Source of the DNA: Bacteroidota bacterium
GTDB taxonomy: Bacteria > Bacteroidota > Bacteroidia > Bacteroidales > B39-G9
NCBI GenBank assembly: GCA_015222055.1
Contig: JADFUR010000045.1
Location: 6,860 to 70,859, forward strand
Direction: 5' to 3'
DNA length: 64,000 bases
The notes beneath the pieces are model-generated. The model searched no databases. It was not told the DNA's origin and saw nothing but the letters and a program-made list of their open reading frames with translations. Positions 25,235 to 36,142 of the stretch are shown here, piece after piece. The position numbers and the translations under genes were made by a program. How positions within the stretch are numbered: position 1 is the first letter of the stretch; every line of letters begins with the position of its first letter.

Positions 25235-25999
25235 ATGAAAGCAACAGAAACTGAAATAAAAATTAATAATTTAAATGTCTTTCATGGTAATCATCATACT
25301 TTGAAAAATATAAACATTGAAATACCAAAACAAAAAATTACAGTAATTTTAGGTTCTTCTGGTTGTGGGAAAACCACATTACTAAAATGTTTAAACCGAC
25401 TAACTGACTTATACTCCAACATAAAAGTTAAGGGTGAAATTATTATTAATGGAGAAGACATCCTTCATTCAAAAGAAGATATTACAGACATAAGACGAAA
25501 GATGGGATTGCTTTCTCAAATGCCATATCCTTTGCCTATGAACATTTATAATAATATTGCTTACGGTCTAAAAATTAGCGGAAGGAATAAAAAAAAATAT
25601 TTAAATAAACGGGTTGAATATTATCTTAAGCAAATCAATTTGTGGGAAGAAGTAAAAGACAGATTAAAGGATCCTGCTTCTTCATTGTCATTAGGGCAAC
25701 AACAACGTTTATGTTTGGCAAGAGGATTAACCGTTGATCCTGACATAATTCTTGCCGACGAACCAACCTCTGCATTAGACCCTGTTTCGAGCAATGCTAT
25801 TGAAGAACTTTTTTTAAACCTAAAACAACACTATACAACAGTATTAGTAACACACACATTACGTCAGGCAAAAAGAATCGCCGATTATGTGGTATTCATG
25901 TATCTTGGAGAAATAATTGAACAGGGACCTGCTGATGAATTTTTTAACAATCCAAAAATGGATAAAACAAAATCTTATTTGGGAGGGACATCTAATTAA
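25235..25999 (+). CDS. pstB: Phosphate ABC transporter ATP-binding protein
   Basis: Walker A GSSGCGKTT, LSLGQQQRLCLAR, Walker B ILADEPTSALD. Confidence 0.9.
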   Translation: MKATETEIKINNLNVFHGNHHTLKNINIEIPKQKITVILGSSGCGKTTLLKCLNRLTDLYSNIKVKGEIIINGEDILHSKEDITDIRRKMGLLSQMPYPLPMNIYNNIAYGLKISGRNKKKYLNKRVEYYLKQINLWEEVKDRLKDPASSLSLGQQQRLCLARGLTVDPDIILADEPTSALDPVSSNAIEELFLNLKQHYTTVLVTHTLRQAKRIADYVVFMYLGEIIEQGPADEFFNNPKMDKTKSYLGGTSN

Positions 26000-26118
26000 A
26001 TTTTATTTTTGAAATCAATAATAAGCTATTTTTTCTGCTCTTTCATAATATTAATATAGGACTTAAGTAAATAATTCAAAATACAACAAGTTTTTTTTGC
26101 AAGAGAAAAACAAATATA

Positions 26119-26126
26119 TATCTTTG
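26119..26126 (+). promoter_or_regulatory. -7 box TATCTTTG upstream of tRNA-Leu
   Basis: TAnnTTTG match 12 nt before the tRNA 5' end. Confidence 0.45.
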
Positions 26127-26137
26127 CACCTCAACAA

Positions 26138-26220
26138 GCCCGGATGGCGGAATTGGTAGACGCGCTGGTCTCAAACACCTGTGGGCTTAGCCCGTGCCGG
26201 TTCGACCCCGGCTCCGGGTA
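26138..26220 (+). tRNA. tRNA-Leu (anticodon CAA), long variable arm
   Basis: GCCCGGA acceptor pairs with TCCGGGT. D arm GCGGAATTGGTAGACGC. Anticodon loop CTCAAAC. Variable arm GTGGGCTTAGCCCGTG. T arm CCGGTTCGACCCCGG. No encoded CCA. Confidence 0.9.
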
Positions 26221-26229
26221 CTTAGAGAA

Positions 26230-26253
26230 AAAACCCTCACCGCGAGGGTTTTT
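26230..26253 (+). terminator. Rho-independent terminator after tRNA-Leu
   Basis: CCCTC-ACCGC-GAGGG followed by TTTTT. Confidence 0.6.
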
Positions 26254-26271
26254 ACATTAATTTATAAAAAA

Positions 26272-26718
26272 ATGTGTAAACCCGATTCTCTTCATACCTA
26301 CAAAAACAAACAAGAACAATTAGACATAAGATATCTTGAGATGGCAAAAATATGGTCACAAAACTCTTACTGTGAACGGCGTAAGGTTGGTGCCTTAATT
26401 GTCAAAAACAAAATGATTATCTCTGATGGTTACAATGGGACTCCTCAAGGTTTTGAAAATATTTGTGAAGATGAAAATAATAATACCAAATCTTACGTTC
26501 TTCATGCTGAAGCAAATGCCATTACGAAAGTTGCCAAATCAAACAATAGTAGTGAGGGTGCAACCCTTTATGTTACAATGTCTCCTTGCATTGAATGCTC
26601 AAAACTAATTATTCAAGCAGGCATTATACGTGTTGTTTTTTGCGACAAATATCGTATTTCTGAAGGTTTCGATCTTCTTAAACGAGCAAATATTGAACTA
26701 GTTCACATTGACTTTTAA
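26272..26718 (+). CDS. comEB: dCMP deaminase (ComEB-type cytidine/deoxycytidylate deaminase)
   Basis: HAEANAI and PCIECSKLI zinc motifs. The track ORF start at 26194 overlaps the tRNA, so the start is moved to MCKPD. Confidence 0.85.
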   Translation: MCKPDSLHTYKNKQEQLDIRYLEMAKIWSQNSYCERRKVGALIVKNKMIISDGYNGTPQGFENICEDENNNTKSYVLHAEANAITKVAKSNNSSEGATLYVTMSPCIECSKLIIQAGIIRVVFCDKYRISEGFDLLKRANIELVHIDF

Positions 26719-26727
26719 TTCCTAAAA

Positions 26728-28329
26728 ATGAACAACAAAAACAAATTCTCTGTAATAATTATGCCTACAATTATTGCTCTTGCTATAATTATTGGAATGA
26801 TTATTGAAAAATCCTTAAATAAAACTGATATAAATAATTTTATTGTTTACCCTAAAACAAATAAAATTAATTCCGTTTTAAATTACATAGATGATTCTTA
26901 TGTTGATTCTGTTTCAAAATTAGATTTAATTGAAAAAACGATACCTTCAATTCTAAAAACCCTCGATCCTCATTCTGTCTATATTCCTGCCAAAGATTTT
27001 AACGAAATAAATGACCCCTTAGAAGGAAATTTTGACGGTATTGGGGTTCAATTCAACATTCAAAAAGACACTGTTGTTATAATAAAAACTATTCCTGGAG
27101 GACCATCTTCATTAGTAGGCCTTAAAGATGGTGATAGAATTGTTAAGGTTAACGATTCCCTTATTGCAGGTATAAAAATATCAACAACCGACATCATGAA
27201 GCTCCTAAAAGGTCCAAAAGACACGAAAGTAAAAGTTGGGATTGCACGGAGGGGTGTTTCTGAACTGATTAATTTTATTATAATTCGTGATAAAATACCA
27301 ATTTATAGTGTTGATGTGTCTTATATGATTAAAAAAGATATTGGATACATTAAAATAAATAAATTCTCAAAAACCACACATAGTGAGTTTGTTGAAAATG
27401 TTCTTAAGCTAAAAAAACAAGGGTTAAAAAATTTAATTGTTGACCTAAGAGACAATGGTGGAGGTTATATGGATGAGGCAACAAATCTTGCCGATGAATT
27501 TTTGAAATCTGAAAATTTAATTGTTTTTACTAAAGGACGAACACAACCCCAAACAAATATTTATGCCACATCAAAAGGAATTTGTTTAAATACCAATGTG
27601 GCTGTTTTAATTAATGAATGGTCTGCTTCAGCATCCGAAATATTTGCAGGAGCTATTCAAGACAACGACAGAGGCACAGTAATTGGTCGCCGTTCGTATG
27701 GAAAGGGTTTGGTTCAACAACCCATTTTCTTTTCTGACGGCTCTTCAATTAGATTAACAATTGCAAGATACTACACTCCAAGCGGCAGATGTATTCAAAA
27801 ACCATATAAAAACAACAATGACTACTATAATGACATTGCAGAACGCTTTCTTCACGGTGAGTTTACAAAAAAAGACAGCATTCATTTCCCTGATTCCCTT
27901 AAGTATATAACTCCTAAAGGAAAAATTCTATATGGTGGCGGGGGTATTATGCCTGATGTTTTTGTTCCTGCTGATACTACAGGGTCTTCAAACTATTTCA
28001 CTAAAATATCCCAAAAAGGTCTTGAATACCAATTTGCTTTTAATTTTACTGACAATAACAGAAAAACACTTAATGAGTTTAAAAACTATAAAGAGTTAGA
28101 AAATTATTTAACAAAACAATCAATATTAAAAAAATTTATTGCTTTTGCAGAATTAAAAGGAGTGAAAAAAAATAAAAGCGATATAAAAAAATCAGGAAAA
28201 ATTATTGATATTCGTATAAAAGCACTTATTGCAAGAAATGTTTTAGATAACGATGGATTTTTCCCAATCATTCAAAAAATTGACACAACATTACAAACTG
28301 CTGTGTCAATATTGTCAGAAAAAAAATAA
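26728..28329 (+). CDS. ctpA: S41-family carboxy-terminal processing peptidase with PDZ domain
   Basis: PDZ ([19 protein letters not shown]). S41 core ([34 protein letters not shown]). Confidence 0.85.
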   Translation: MNNKNKFSVIIMPTIIALAIIIGMIIEKSLNKTDINNFIVYPKTNKINSVLNYIDDSYVDSVSKLDLIEKTIPSILKTLDPHSVYIPAKDFNEINDPLEGNFDGIGVQFNIQKDTVVIIKTIPGGPSSLVGLKDGDRIVKVNDSLIAGIKISTTDIMKLLKGPKDTKVKVGIARRGVSELINFIIIRDKIPIYSVDVSYMIKKDIGYIKINKFSKTTHSEFVENVLKLKKQGLKNLIVDLRDNGGGYMDEATNLADEFLKSENLIVFTKGRTQPQTNIYATSKGICLNTNVAVLINEWSASASEIFAGAIQDNDRGTVIGRRSYGKGLVQQPIFFSDGSSIRLTIARYYTPSGRCIQKPYKNNNDYYNDIAERFLHGEFTKKDSIHFPDSLKYITPKGKILYGGGGIMPDVFVPADTTGSSNYFTKISQKGLEYQFAFNFTDNNRKTLNEFKNYKELENYLTKQSILKKFIAFAELKGVKKNKSDIKKSGKIIDIRIKALIARNVLDNDGFFPIIQKIDTTLQTAVSILSEKK

Positions 28330-28352
28330 TTTTTAATAAAAATAATAATCAT

Positions 28353-28360
28353 TATCTTTG
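28353..28360 (+). promoter_or_regulatory. -7 box TATCTTTG upstream of ahcY
   Basis: TAnnTTTG match 32 nt before the ATG. Confidence 0.4.
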
Positions 28361-28391
28361 CAAACTTTTAACAATTAATAATATATATATA

Positions 28392-29810
28392 ATGTCAAAT
28401 TCTCCCGTAGAAACATTGCCATACAAAATAGCAGATATTAAACTTGCTGAATTTGGCAGAAAAGAAATTGAACTTGCAGAACAAGAAATGCCGGGTTTAA
28501 TGTCAATACAAAAAAAATATTCAGACTCGAAACCTTTACAGGGATCAAGAATTATGGGGTCTCTTCACATGACCATTCAAACAGCCGTGTTAATTAAAAC
28601 CCTTGTAGAACTTGGCGCTGATGTGCGTTGGGCAAGTTGCAATATATTTTCAACCCAAGACCATGCTGCTGCTGCAATTGCAGAAATGGGTGTTCCTGTT
28701 TTTGCCTGGAAAGGAGAAACTCTTAAAGAATATTGGTGGTGCACAAAACAAGCATTATCTTTTCCTAACGGAAAAGGACCTAACATGATAGTTGACGATG
28801 GTGGCGATGCAACATTATTGATGATTAAAGGTTATGAAGCAGAAAATGATGCAACTATTCTTGATGAAAAAGTAGAAGCCGAAGATGAAATTGAACTTTT
28901 TGCAATTATAAAAGAAACATTAAAAGAAACTCCTCACAGATGGCACAATCATGTTAAAGAAATGAAAGGTGTTTCAGAAGAAACAACTACAGGCGTTCAT
29001 CGTTTATATCAAATGATGGAAGAAAAAACTCTTTTATTCCCTGCTATAAATGTTAATGATTCTGTTACAAAATCAAAATTTGATAACCTTTACGGATGTA
29101 GAGAATCTCTTGCCGATGGAATAAAACGTGCTACCGACATTATGATTGCAGGTAAAGTTGTTGTTGTTTGCGGTTATGGTGATGTTGGAAAAGGTTGTGC
29201 TTTGTCCATGAGAGGCTTAGGTGCCCGCGTTATTATTAATGAGATTGACCCAATTTGTGCATTACAAGCTTCGATGGAGGGTTTTGAAATAAAACCACTT
29301 GAAGATTCTCTTGATGAAGGAGCTATTTTTGTAACTTCTACCGGCAACTGTGATGTTATTACAGCAGAACATATGTCAAAAATGAATGACCAAGCTATTG
29401 TTTGTAATATTGGCCATTTCGATAACGAAATACAAGTTTATAAGTTAGAAAAAAGAAAAGATGTTAAAAAAGTTACAATTAAACCTCAGGTTGACCAATA
29501 TTATTTTGACGATGGTCATTCAATAATTTTATTAGCCGAAGGCAGATTAGTAAATTTAGGTTGTGCAACAGGTCACCCATCTTTTGTTATGAGTAATTCG
29601 TTCTCAAATCAAACTTTAGCACAAATAGAACTTTGGAAAAATAATTATGAAATTGGTGTTTATCGTTTACCTAAATATCTTGACGAAGAAGTTGCTCGTC
29701 TTCACCTTGATCATCTTGGCGTAAAACTTACTACATTAACAGATAAACAAGCAAAATATATTGGTATTGATAAAAACGGTCCTTACAAACCAGAACATTA
29801 TCGCTACTAA
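28392..29810 (+). CDS. ahcY: Adenosylhomocysteinase
   Basis: 472 aa. ..[41 protein letters not shown], a hallmark AhcY sequence. Confidence 0.95.
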   Translation: MSNSPVETLPYKIADIKLAEFGRKEIELAEQEMPGLMSIQKKYSDSKPLQGSRIMGSLHMTIQTAVLIKTLVELGADVRWASCNIFSTQDHAAAAIAEMGVPVFAWKGETLKEYWWCTKQALSFPNGKGPNMIVDDGGDATLLMIKGYEAENDATILDEKVEAEDEIELFAIIKETLKETPHRWHNHVKEMKGVSEETTTGVHRLYQMMEEKTLLFPAINVNDSVTKSKFDNLYGCRESLADGIKRATDIMIAGKVVVVCGYGDVGKGCALSMRGLGARVIINEIDPICALQASMEGFEIKPLEDSLDEGAIFVTSTGNCDVITAEHMSKMNDQAIVCNIGHFDNEIQVYKLEKRKDVKKVTIKPQVDQYYFDDGHSIILLAEGRLVNLGCATGHPSFVMSNSFSNQTLAQIELWKNNYEIGVYRLPKYLDEEVARLHLDHLGVKLTTLTDKQAKYIGIDKNGPYKPEHYRY

Positions 29811-29821
29811 AAATAATCATT

Positions 29822-29860
29822 AAAAAAGCTGTCTGAAATTATTTTCAGACAGCTTTTTTT
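29822..29860. terminator. Bidirectional terminator hairpin between ahcY and the M1 peptidase gene
   Basis: AAAAAAGCTGTCTGAAA-TTAT-TTTCAGACAGCTTTTTT: a 17-bp stem flanked by an A-run and a T-run. Confidence 0.8.
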
Positions 29861-29867
29861 GTTTCAG

Positions 29868-32213
29868 CTAATTTAAAATTATTTTCTTACTGATTATCGT
29901 TTTATTCTTTTCTTTTAAAGTAACAAAATAAACCCCTTTTGATTTGTTTTCAGGGCACCAATTAAAACTCATTGTTTGTTTATTAATTTCTTTTCTTAAA
30001 GCCACCTTTCCCAATATATCATAAATTGTTACTTCAGCATCGTTTTGTAAATTAACTCTAAAAGTAAATTTATTTGTTGACGGGTTAGGAAAAATTTGCA
30101 AGCTGTTTTCATTATTCAAATTATTATCATTTACATCTGCATGCAAATCCCAATAACCAACAGCATATTCTCCCAACAAAAGACTGTCTGTTGTAAAACT
30201 TCCTTTTAATAAAAATCCTTGCCAGGTATGACTTATTTCTCTCCAGTTATTTGCTGCACTTCTACGATAAAGAAGAATTAAAGAATCGCCATCTTCAGGC
30301 TTTTCATCTTCATTTACAAAATCATAATAAAATTTACCTTTAGCAGAAAACGTTTCCGGCAAAACTCCTTCAACTTTCCAATACTTGTCAAAATCGGAAA
30401 TTAGCAAATGAGGAACAGTTTTTTTAAAACCATCAGGGCAAACCCAATTTTGTTCTACTCTAATAAAAGCAGAATCTGATATATTTAAAACTATAGCGCT
30501 AAAATCTACACCACTAAAAATATTGTTGCCAAGAGTTTTAATTGTTTTATAAGTATTGATATTTGCATCACCAATTTTATCATAATAATCAACCATCACA
30601 ATCTTAGGGTTAATATTAAGCGAAAAGGTTTGACTTCCTGTTTCTCCTGAAAAAAATATTGTTTTAGTACACATTTGCCAATTTTCATCCATAAATGTTA
30701 GCTCAACTCTATTTGAATTCGCAAACTCTGTTTTTTCCTTGAGCTTTTGTCGAACATAAACTGTTGTTTCATATTCATTTCCTGTATTAATTACACTAAC
30801 AGAATCAATCGAAAAATGAGAAAATCCGGGAGAAAAAACCCAAGCCTGAAAAAAGTCTGTTAAATCAACACCCGTATTCTCAGAAAAAAAATCTCTAAAT
30901 TCTTCAGATGATACAGAGTTATATGAAAATGCTGAAAGATAATTTTTAATGCTGGAGAAGAATAAACTGTCTCCTAAATAACCACGTATAGTATGAACAA
31001 CATCAGCACCTTTGTCATAAACGGTTGTTCCATAAGTATAATCGTGAGGAACACCTGAAACAGCTCTATATCCATCATCATTAATGTGTGCGAGTTTCAA
31101 AACATTTTTATGATTATTATTTACATATTTAATAAAGGTCTTTTCTCCATAAAGATTTTCTTCGTTAATTGCCTCACAATAAGAAGCCCAACCTTCGTTT
31201 AGCCACATATCGTCGGCTGTTTTACATGTAACCAAATTGCCAAACCAATGATGCGACAATTCGTGTGCATATAAAGTTTCCGCTGACAAACTACCATCAA
31301 GTGCCGAGATTGGATATGCAATATTTGTTGCATGTTCCATTGCACCAGCATCAAAAGGGACACAAACATAACCAACTCTTTCCCAAGGATACTTGCCAAA
31401 TCGAGATTCATAACCGGATAAGACTTGTTTTAAATTCTTGAATGTTTTCACTGCATTTGAACTATCTGAAGGATTTACATAAATATCAATCGGTATAATA
31501 TTTCCCGAAACACTGGTAAAGCTATCTACTATAGCGGTATAATTTCCAACAGCAACCGAAGAAAGATAGGTGGGAATAGTATTGTGTAATTTCCAATGAT
31601 ATGTTTTTGTTCCATCACCGTTATTTGTAGTAGAACTTAGTGTGCCACCACAAATAGCTTTATGTTCATCTTTAACGGTGATATTAAAATCATAAGTTGC
31701 TCTATCAACAAAGTCATCAATACATGGATACCAGGCTCTTCCAAAACAAACCGGATCTGAGGCCATGCCAACACCCATATTATAAGCACAATCACTTGTA
31801 TAGAAAAAACCGCCCCATTTTGCATCTTGCTGTGGTCTGCCATTATAATAAACGGTTATGTTTATTGTGTCGTTTATAGATATAGCTGTTTTCAAAGAAA
31901 TCTTTAACAAAGTATCGTTATATAAAATATTTTCAATGCTATTATTTTCAGCTGTTATAGAATCTATTGTGAATTTTAATAAATCTAACGAAATAACATC
32001 TAAATTATCTGTCTTAGGAACTATTGTTAGTTCAGTATTCCCAAAAATTTGTTTTGTTGCAAATTTTGTAATATTCAAATTTATTGAATAGTGCAGAACA
32101 TCCACAGAATCGCGATGAAGATTTATTTGTGTTTGTGTTTGGTTTTTTGAAACAGCCGAACTCATGCTAAAAAATAAAGCAATAAGGATTACAATAATTC
32201 GTTTAATAAACAT
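29868..32213 (-). CDS. M1-family aminopeptidase with type IX secretion C-terminal sorting domain
   Basis: GAMEH and HELSHHWFGNLVT..WLNEGWA zinc motifs. C-terminus LQIFPNPSTNKFTFRV..GVYFVTLKEKNKTIISKKIILN is a T9SS CTD. Confidence 0.9.
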   Translation of the reverse strand: MFIKRIIVILIALFFSMSSAVSKNQTQTQINLHRDSVDVLHYSINLNITKFATKQIFGNTELTIVPKTDNLDVISLDLLKFTIDSITAENNSIENILYNDTLLKISLKTAISINDTINITVYYNGRPQQDAKWGGFFYTSDCAYNMGVGMASDPVCFGRAWYPCIDDFVDRATYDFNITVKDEHKAICGGTLSSTTNNGDGTKTYHWKLHNTIPTYLSSVAVGNYTAIVDSFTSVSGNIIPIDIYVNPSDSSNAVKTFKNLKQVLSGYESRFGKYPWERVGYVCVPFDAGAMEHATNIAYPISALDGSLSAETLYAHELSHHWFGNLVTCKTADDMWLNEGWASYCEAINEENLYGEKTFIKYVNNNHKNVLKLAHINDDGYRAVSGVPHDYTYGTTVYDKGADVVHTIRGYLGDSLFFSSIKNYLSAFSYNSVSSEEFRDFFSENTGVDLTDFFQAWVFSPGFSHFSIDSVSVINTGNEYETTVYVRQKLKEKTEFANSNRVELTFMDENWQMCTKTIFFSGETGSQTFSLNINPKIVMVDYYDKIGDANINTYKTIKTLGNNIFSGVDFSAIVLNISDSAFIRVEQNWVCPDGFKKTVPHLLISDFDKYWKVEGVLPETFSAKGKFYYDFVNEDEKPEDGDSLILLYRRSAANNWREISHTWQGFLLKGSFTTDSLLLGEYAVGYWDLHADVNDNNLNNENSLQIFPNPSTNKFTFRVNLQNDAEVTIYDILGKVALRKEINKQTMSFNWCPENKSKGVYFVTLKEKNKTIISKKIILN

Positions 32214-32295
32214 AATTTTAGAGTTTTAAAAATTAATAATTTACACAAATAAAAAACTTTTTAAGCAAAAAAAACAGTAATTTACAATAACTTTT

Positions 32296-33351
32296 ATGCA
32301 AGAAAATTCAAAAAATCCACTTAGTGGAATTAAACGGTCAAAAATTATATACCCAATCGTAATTGGTTTGGCGGTTGTTGGCTATATGTTGTATAAAAAT
32401 TTTGACGTAAACGCATTTGAAATCGTAGAATTCACAACAAAATCTGTTTTTTGGCTTTTTATTGCAATCTTATTAATGATAACAAGAGATGTTGGATATA
32501 TAATACGAATAAAAATTTTAACAGATAATAAACTATCGTGGTTAAAAGCATTTAAAGTAATAATGTTGTGGGAATTTACCTCTGCAATAACTCCGTCTGC
32601 TATTGGTGGCACAAGCGTAGCAATATTATATGTTAATAAAGAAGGATTAAGTGTTGGAAAAAGTGCCGCTGTTGTTATGGCAACATCTTTTTTAGATGAG
32701 TTGTATTTTATTATTATGTTTCCTCTTTTGTTTATTGTTATTAGTCCGAATGAATTATTCTCTATTGGGGGAGACTTTTCAATAACAAATGCTTTTTTGC
32801 TCTTTGCTATGATTGGTTATGGCATAAAATTTATATATACCGCTTTTTTAAGTTATGGTCTGTTTAAAAACCCAAGAGGATTAAAATGGATATTACTCTG
32901 GTTTTTTAAATTCCCAATTATCAGAAAATGGAGATATGGTGCAAATAAAGCCGGCACAGATATTATTAAAAGTTCTAAAGAATTAAAAAACAAACCTTTT
33001 TTATTCTGGATAAAAGCTTTTGGAGCAACTTTTCTTTCTTGGACAGCAAGATATTGGGTTGTTAATGCTTTATTTTTAACTTTTTTTGCTGTTAAGGGTA
33101 ACTTTTTATTATTCGCACGACAATTAGTTATGTGGATAATGATGCTTGTGAGCCCAACTCCCGGAGGTAGTGGTTTTACTGAATTTGTTTTTTCCAAATA
33201 CTTAAGTGATTTTCTTCCTTCACCAGAATTAGCTATTGTTATGGCATTACTATGGAGGTTGATTACTTATTATCCCTATTTAATAATGGGTGTTTTTATA
33301 ATGCCAAAATGGATAAAAGAACATTTTAGTAATAAACAAATTCCCGCATAA
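32296..33351 (+). CDS. Flippase-like membrane protein (lysylphosphatidylglycerol-synthase TM region family)
   Basis: 8 or more TM segments. SPTPGGSGFTEF motif typical of that family. Confidence 0.7.
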   Translation: MQENSKNPLSGIKRSKIIYPIVIGLAVVGYMLYKNFDVNAFEIVEFTTKSVFWLFIAILLMITRDVGYIIRIKILTDNKLSWLKAFKVIMLWEFTSAITPSAIGGTSVAILYVNKEGLSVGKSAAVVMATSFLDELYFIIMFPLLFIVISPNELFSIGGDFSITNAFLLFAMIGYGIKFIYTAFLSYGLFKNPRGLKWILLWFFKFPIIRKWRYGANKAGTDIIKSSKELKNKPFLFWIKAFGATFLSWTARYWVVNALFLTFFAVKGNFLLFARQLVMWIMMLVSPTPGGSGFTEFVFSKYLSDFLPSPELAIVMALLWRLITYYPYLIMGVFIMPKWIKEHFSNKQIPA

Positions 33352-33395
33352 ATATTAATTGATGATTAAAAATATGTAAGAATACAAATATTTAT

Positions 33396-33403
33396 TATTT
33401 TTG
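33396..33403 (+). promoter_or_regulatory. -7 box TATTTTTG upstream of dxs
   Basis: TAnnTTTG match 27 nt before the ATG. Confidence 0.35.
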
Positions 33404-33429
33404 TATTTATTTTTTTCTAATAAAAATTA

Positions 33430-35325
33430 ATGGCAGAAGATATAGGAAAACTTTTAGATAAGATTATTTATCCTTCAGACTTAAAAAAACTAAGTGAGTT
33501 TGATTTAATTCAGATTAGTAAAGAACTACGCGAATTTATTATTGATGCAGTTTCAACAAATCCCGGTCATTTTGGTGCCAGTTTGGGTGTTGTTGAATTA
33601 ACTGTTGCCTTGCATTATGTTTTTAATACTCCTTACGATAAAATAGTATGGGATGTTGGACATCAGGCTTATGCACACAAAATCCTAACAGGAAGAAAAA
33701 ACGTTTTTCATACAAACAGGAAATATAAAGGAATAAGTGGTTTCCCTAAACGAACAGAAAGTGAATATGACGCTTTTGGTGTAGGTCACTCATCAACGTC
33801 AATATCTGCTGCATTGGGAATTGCAGCGGCCTCATCGTTAAAAAATGAAAAAGACAGACATGTAATATCTGTTATTGGCGATGGTGCATTAACTGGTGGG
33901 GAAGCATTTGAAGGCTTAAACAATGCCGGAATCTTAAACACAAACATTCTTGTTGTCTTAAACGACAACAACATGGCTATTGACCCCAATGTTGGAGGAT
34001 TTAATGAATATCTTATTGATATTTCAACCTCGAGAATGTATAATAAGTTTAAAGGCGAGGTTTGGAATGTTTTAGGCAAACTAAAAAAATTCGGACCTAA
34101 CGCGCAAGGGTTCATACAAAAAATAGATAATGGAATAAAGGCTATTTTGCTCAAACAAAGCAATATGTTTGAGTCTATTGGTTTCAGATATTTTGGTCCT
34201 GTTGATGGTCACGATGTTGTGCATTTGGCTAAAATTTTAAACGACCTTAAAGACATTCCCGGACCTAAATTGTTACACTGCATAACTACCAAAGGAAAAG
34301 GGTTTAAGCCTGCAGAACTACATCAAACAGAATGGCATGCACCGGGTCTTTTTAACAAAAAAACAGGCGAAAAAATTAAAATAAAATCAGACAAACCAAC
34401 ACCTCCTCGTTACCAAGATGTTTTTGGAAATACCATTGTTGAGTTAGCTGAAAAAAACCAAAAAATTGTTGGAATTACTCCTGCAATGCCTACAGGCAGT
34501 TCTCTTAATATTATGATGCGAAAAATGCCGGACAGGGCTTTCGATGTTGGTATAGCAGAACAACATGCGGTAACTTTTTCGGCAGGTTTGGCTACGCAAG
34601 GATTAATTCCTTTTTGTAATATTTATTCAACATTTATGCAACGCGGTTACGATCAAGTTATACATGATGTTGCTCTTCAAAAATTAAATGTTGTTTTTTG
34701 TCTTGACCGTGGCGGTCTTGTTGGCGACGATGGTGCTACTCATCATGGTGCTTTTGACCTTGCCTACATGCGATGCATCCCGAATATGACAATTGCTGCA
34801 CCAATGAACGAAATTGAACTACGGAACATGATGTTCACTGCCCAGCAAGACAATATGGGACCTTTTGTTATTCGTTATCCTCGAGGAAAAGGTGTTATTG
34901 TAGACTGGCAAAAACCGATGAAAGCAATTACTCCCGGAACAGGTCGTCTTATTAATCAAGGTAATGATATTGCTGTATTGACAATTGGTAATGTTGGCAA
35001 CTTTGTTGTTGATATTACAAAAAAACTCGCGAAAGAGAATATTAACATAACCCATTATGATATGCGTTTTGTTAAACCTATTGACAAAAACATTTTGCAC
35101 GAAGTGTTTAAAAATTACAAAAAAATTATTACTGTTGAAGATGGGACTATTGTTGGCGGACTTGGAACTGCGGTTATTGAATTTATGAATGAAAATAACT
35201 ACGCATCTAAAATAATAAAATTAGGTATTCCTGATAAATTTGTAGATCATGGTTCTCAAAAAGAACTATATAAAGAATGTGCTTATGATGCTGAAAGTAT
35301 TTATAACACAATTAAAAATCTTTGA
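33430..35325 (+). CDS. dxs: 1-deoxy-D-xylulose-5-phosphate synthase
   Basis: 631 aa. GHFGASLGVVELTVALHYVF..WDVGHQAYAHKILTGR..GDGALTGG. Ends with a TGA stop. Confidence 0.95.
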   Translation: MAEDIGKLLDKIIYPSDLKKLSEFDLIQISKELREFIIDAVSTNPGHFGASLGVVELTVALHYVFNTPYDKIVWDVGHQAYAHKILTGRKNVFHTNRKYKGISGFPKRTESEYDAFGVGHSSTSISAALGIAAASSLKNEKDRHVISVIGDGALTGGEAFEGLNNAGILNTNILVVLNDNNMAIDPNVGGFNEYLIDISTSRMYNKFKGEVWNVLGKLKKFGPNAQGFIQKIDNGIKAILLKQSNMFESIGFRYFGPVDGHDVVHLAKILNDLKDIPGPKLLHCITTKGKGFKPAELHQTEWHAPGLFNKKTGEKIKIKSDKPTPPRYQDVFGNTIVELAEKNQKIVGITPAMPTGSSLNIMMRKMPDRAFDVGIAEQHAVTFSAGLATQGLIPFCNIYSTFMQRGYDQVIHDVALQKLNVVFCLDRGGLVGDDGATHHGAFDLAYMRCIPNMTIAAPMNEIELRNMMFTAQQDNMGPFVIRYPRGKGVIVDWQKPMKAITPGTGRLINQGNDIAVLTIGNVGNFVVDITKKLAKENINITHYDMRFVKPIDKNILHEVFKNYKKIITVEDGTIVGGLGTAVIEFMNENNYASKIIKLGIPDKFVDHGSQKELYKECAYDAESIYNTIKNL

Positions 35326-35450
35326 TTAACAATTTTAGATTTAATTATCTTGTAAATAAACTTTGTCTTGTAACTTTTATATTTTATCTTGTTAACAGAT
35401 TCTGACCATTAGAATACTATATTCACTATAAAAAAAATTTATTTTTTAGA

Positions 35451-36059
35451 ATGTTAAAAAAAACAGCAAATATTTTTTCAATTATTTTACACCCTTTGTT
35501 AATGCCAACAATTGGCTTGTTTCTAATTTTTAATTCGAAATCATATTTGTCGTTTATGCCTATACAAGAACAAAAAGTTCTCTTTCTGATTATTTTTGTG
35601 AATACTTTTGTTTTTCCAATAAGCATTATCCCTTTTTTTATATATCAAAAATTAATCAAAAATATTAAGCTCAGTAATCGCAAAGAACGAATATTTCCTC
35701 TTTCAATAACTTTAATATTTTATTTTTTCTCTTATTTAATTTTGCATAAACTTATTGCACCAGTAATTATTCAAAACTTTATTTTAGGATCTTTCATTTC
35801 AATACTTTTATTGCTGTTAATCAGTTTAAAATGGAAAATAAGTGCACACATGATTGGAGTCGGAGGAATTGTTGGGCTTGTTTTAGCTTTGTCGATGAAA
35901 TTAATTATTGACTTACAGGTTATAATAATGATCTTATTTGTCGTTTCTGGCATACTTGGATCTGTAAGACTATACCTTAATGAGCACAAACCATTACAAA
36001 TATATAGTGGCTTTATGTTAGGATTACTTGTCGTATTAACAACAATTTTATTTTTGTAA
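35451..36059 (+). CDS. Integral membrane protein, function unknown
   Basis: 202 aa with about 6 hydrophobic segments. No motif recognised. Confidence 0.6.
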   Translation: MLKKTANIFSIILHPLLMPTIGLFLIFNSKSYLSFMPIQEQKVLFLIIFVNTFVFPISIIPFFIYQKLIKNIKLSNRKERIFPLSITLIFYFFSYLILHKLIAPVIIQNFILGSFISILLLLLISLKWKISAHMIGVGGIVGLVLALSMKLIIDLQVIIMILFVVSGILGSVRLYLNEHKPLQIYSGFMLGLLVVLTTILFL

Positions 36060-36142
36060 AAAACTCAATAGGCTTATAAAGTCATAATAATTAGTAAAAA
36101 AACTTTCCTCTCTTAATAGAAATAACTTTTTAAACAAATGCT

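Noticed and set aside
26194-26271. N-terminal extension of the dCMP deaminase ORF (MPVRPRLRVLREKTLTARVF..)
   Set aside because: The extension is a translation across the 3' half of tRNA-Leu and its terminator hairpin. The conserved protein begins at the ATG at 26272.
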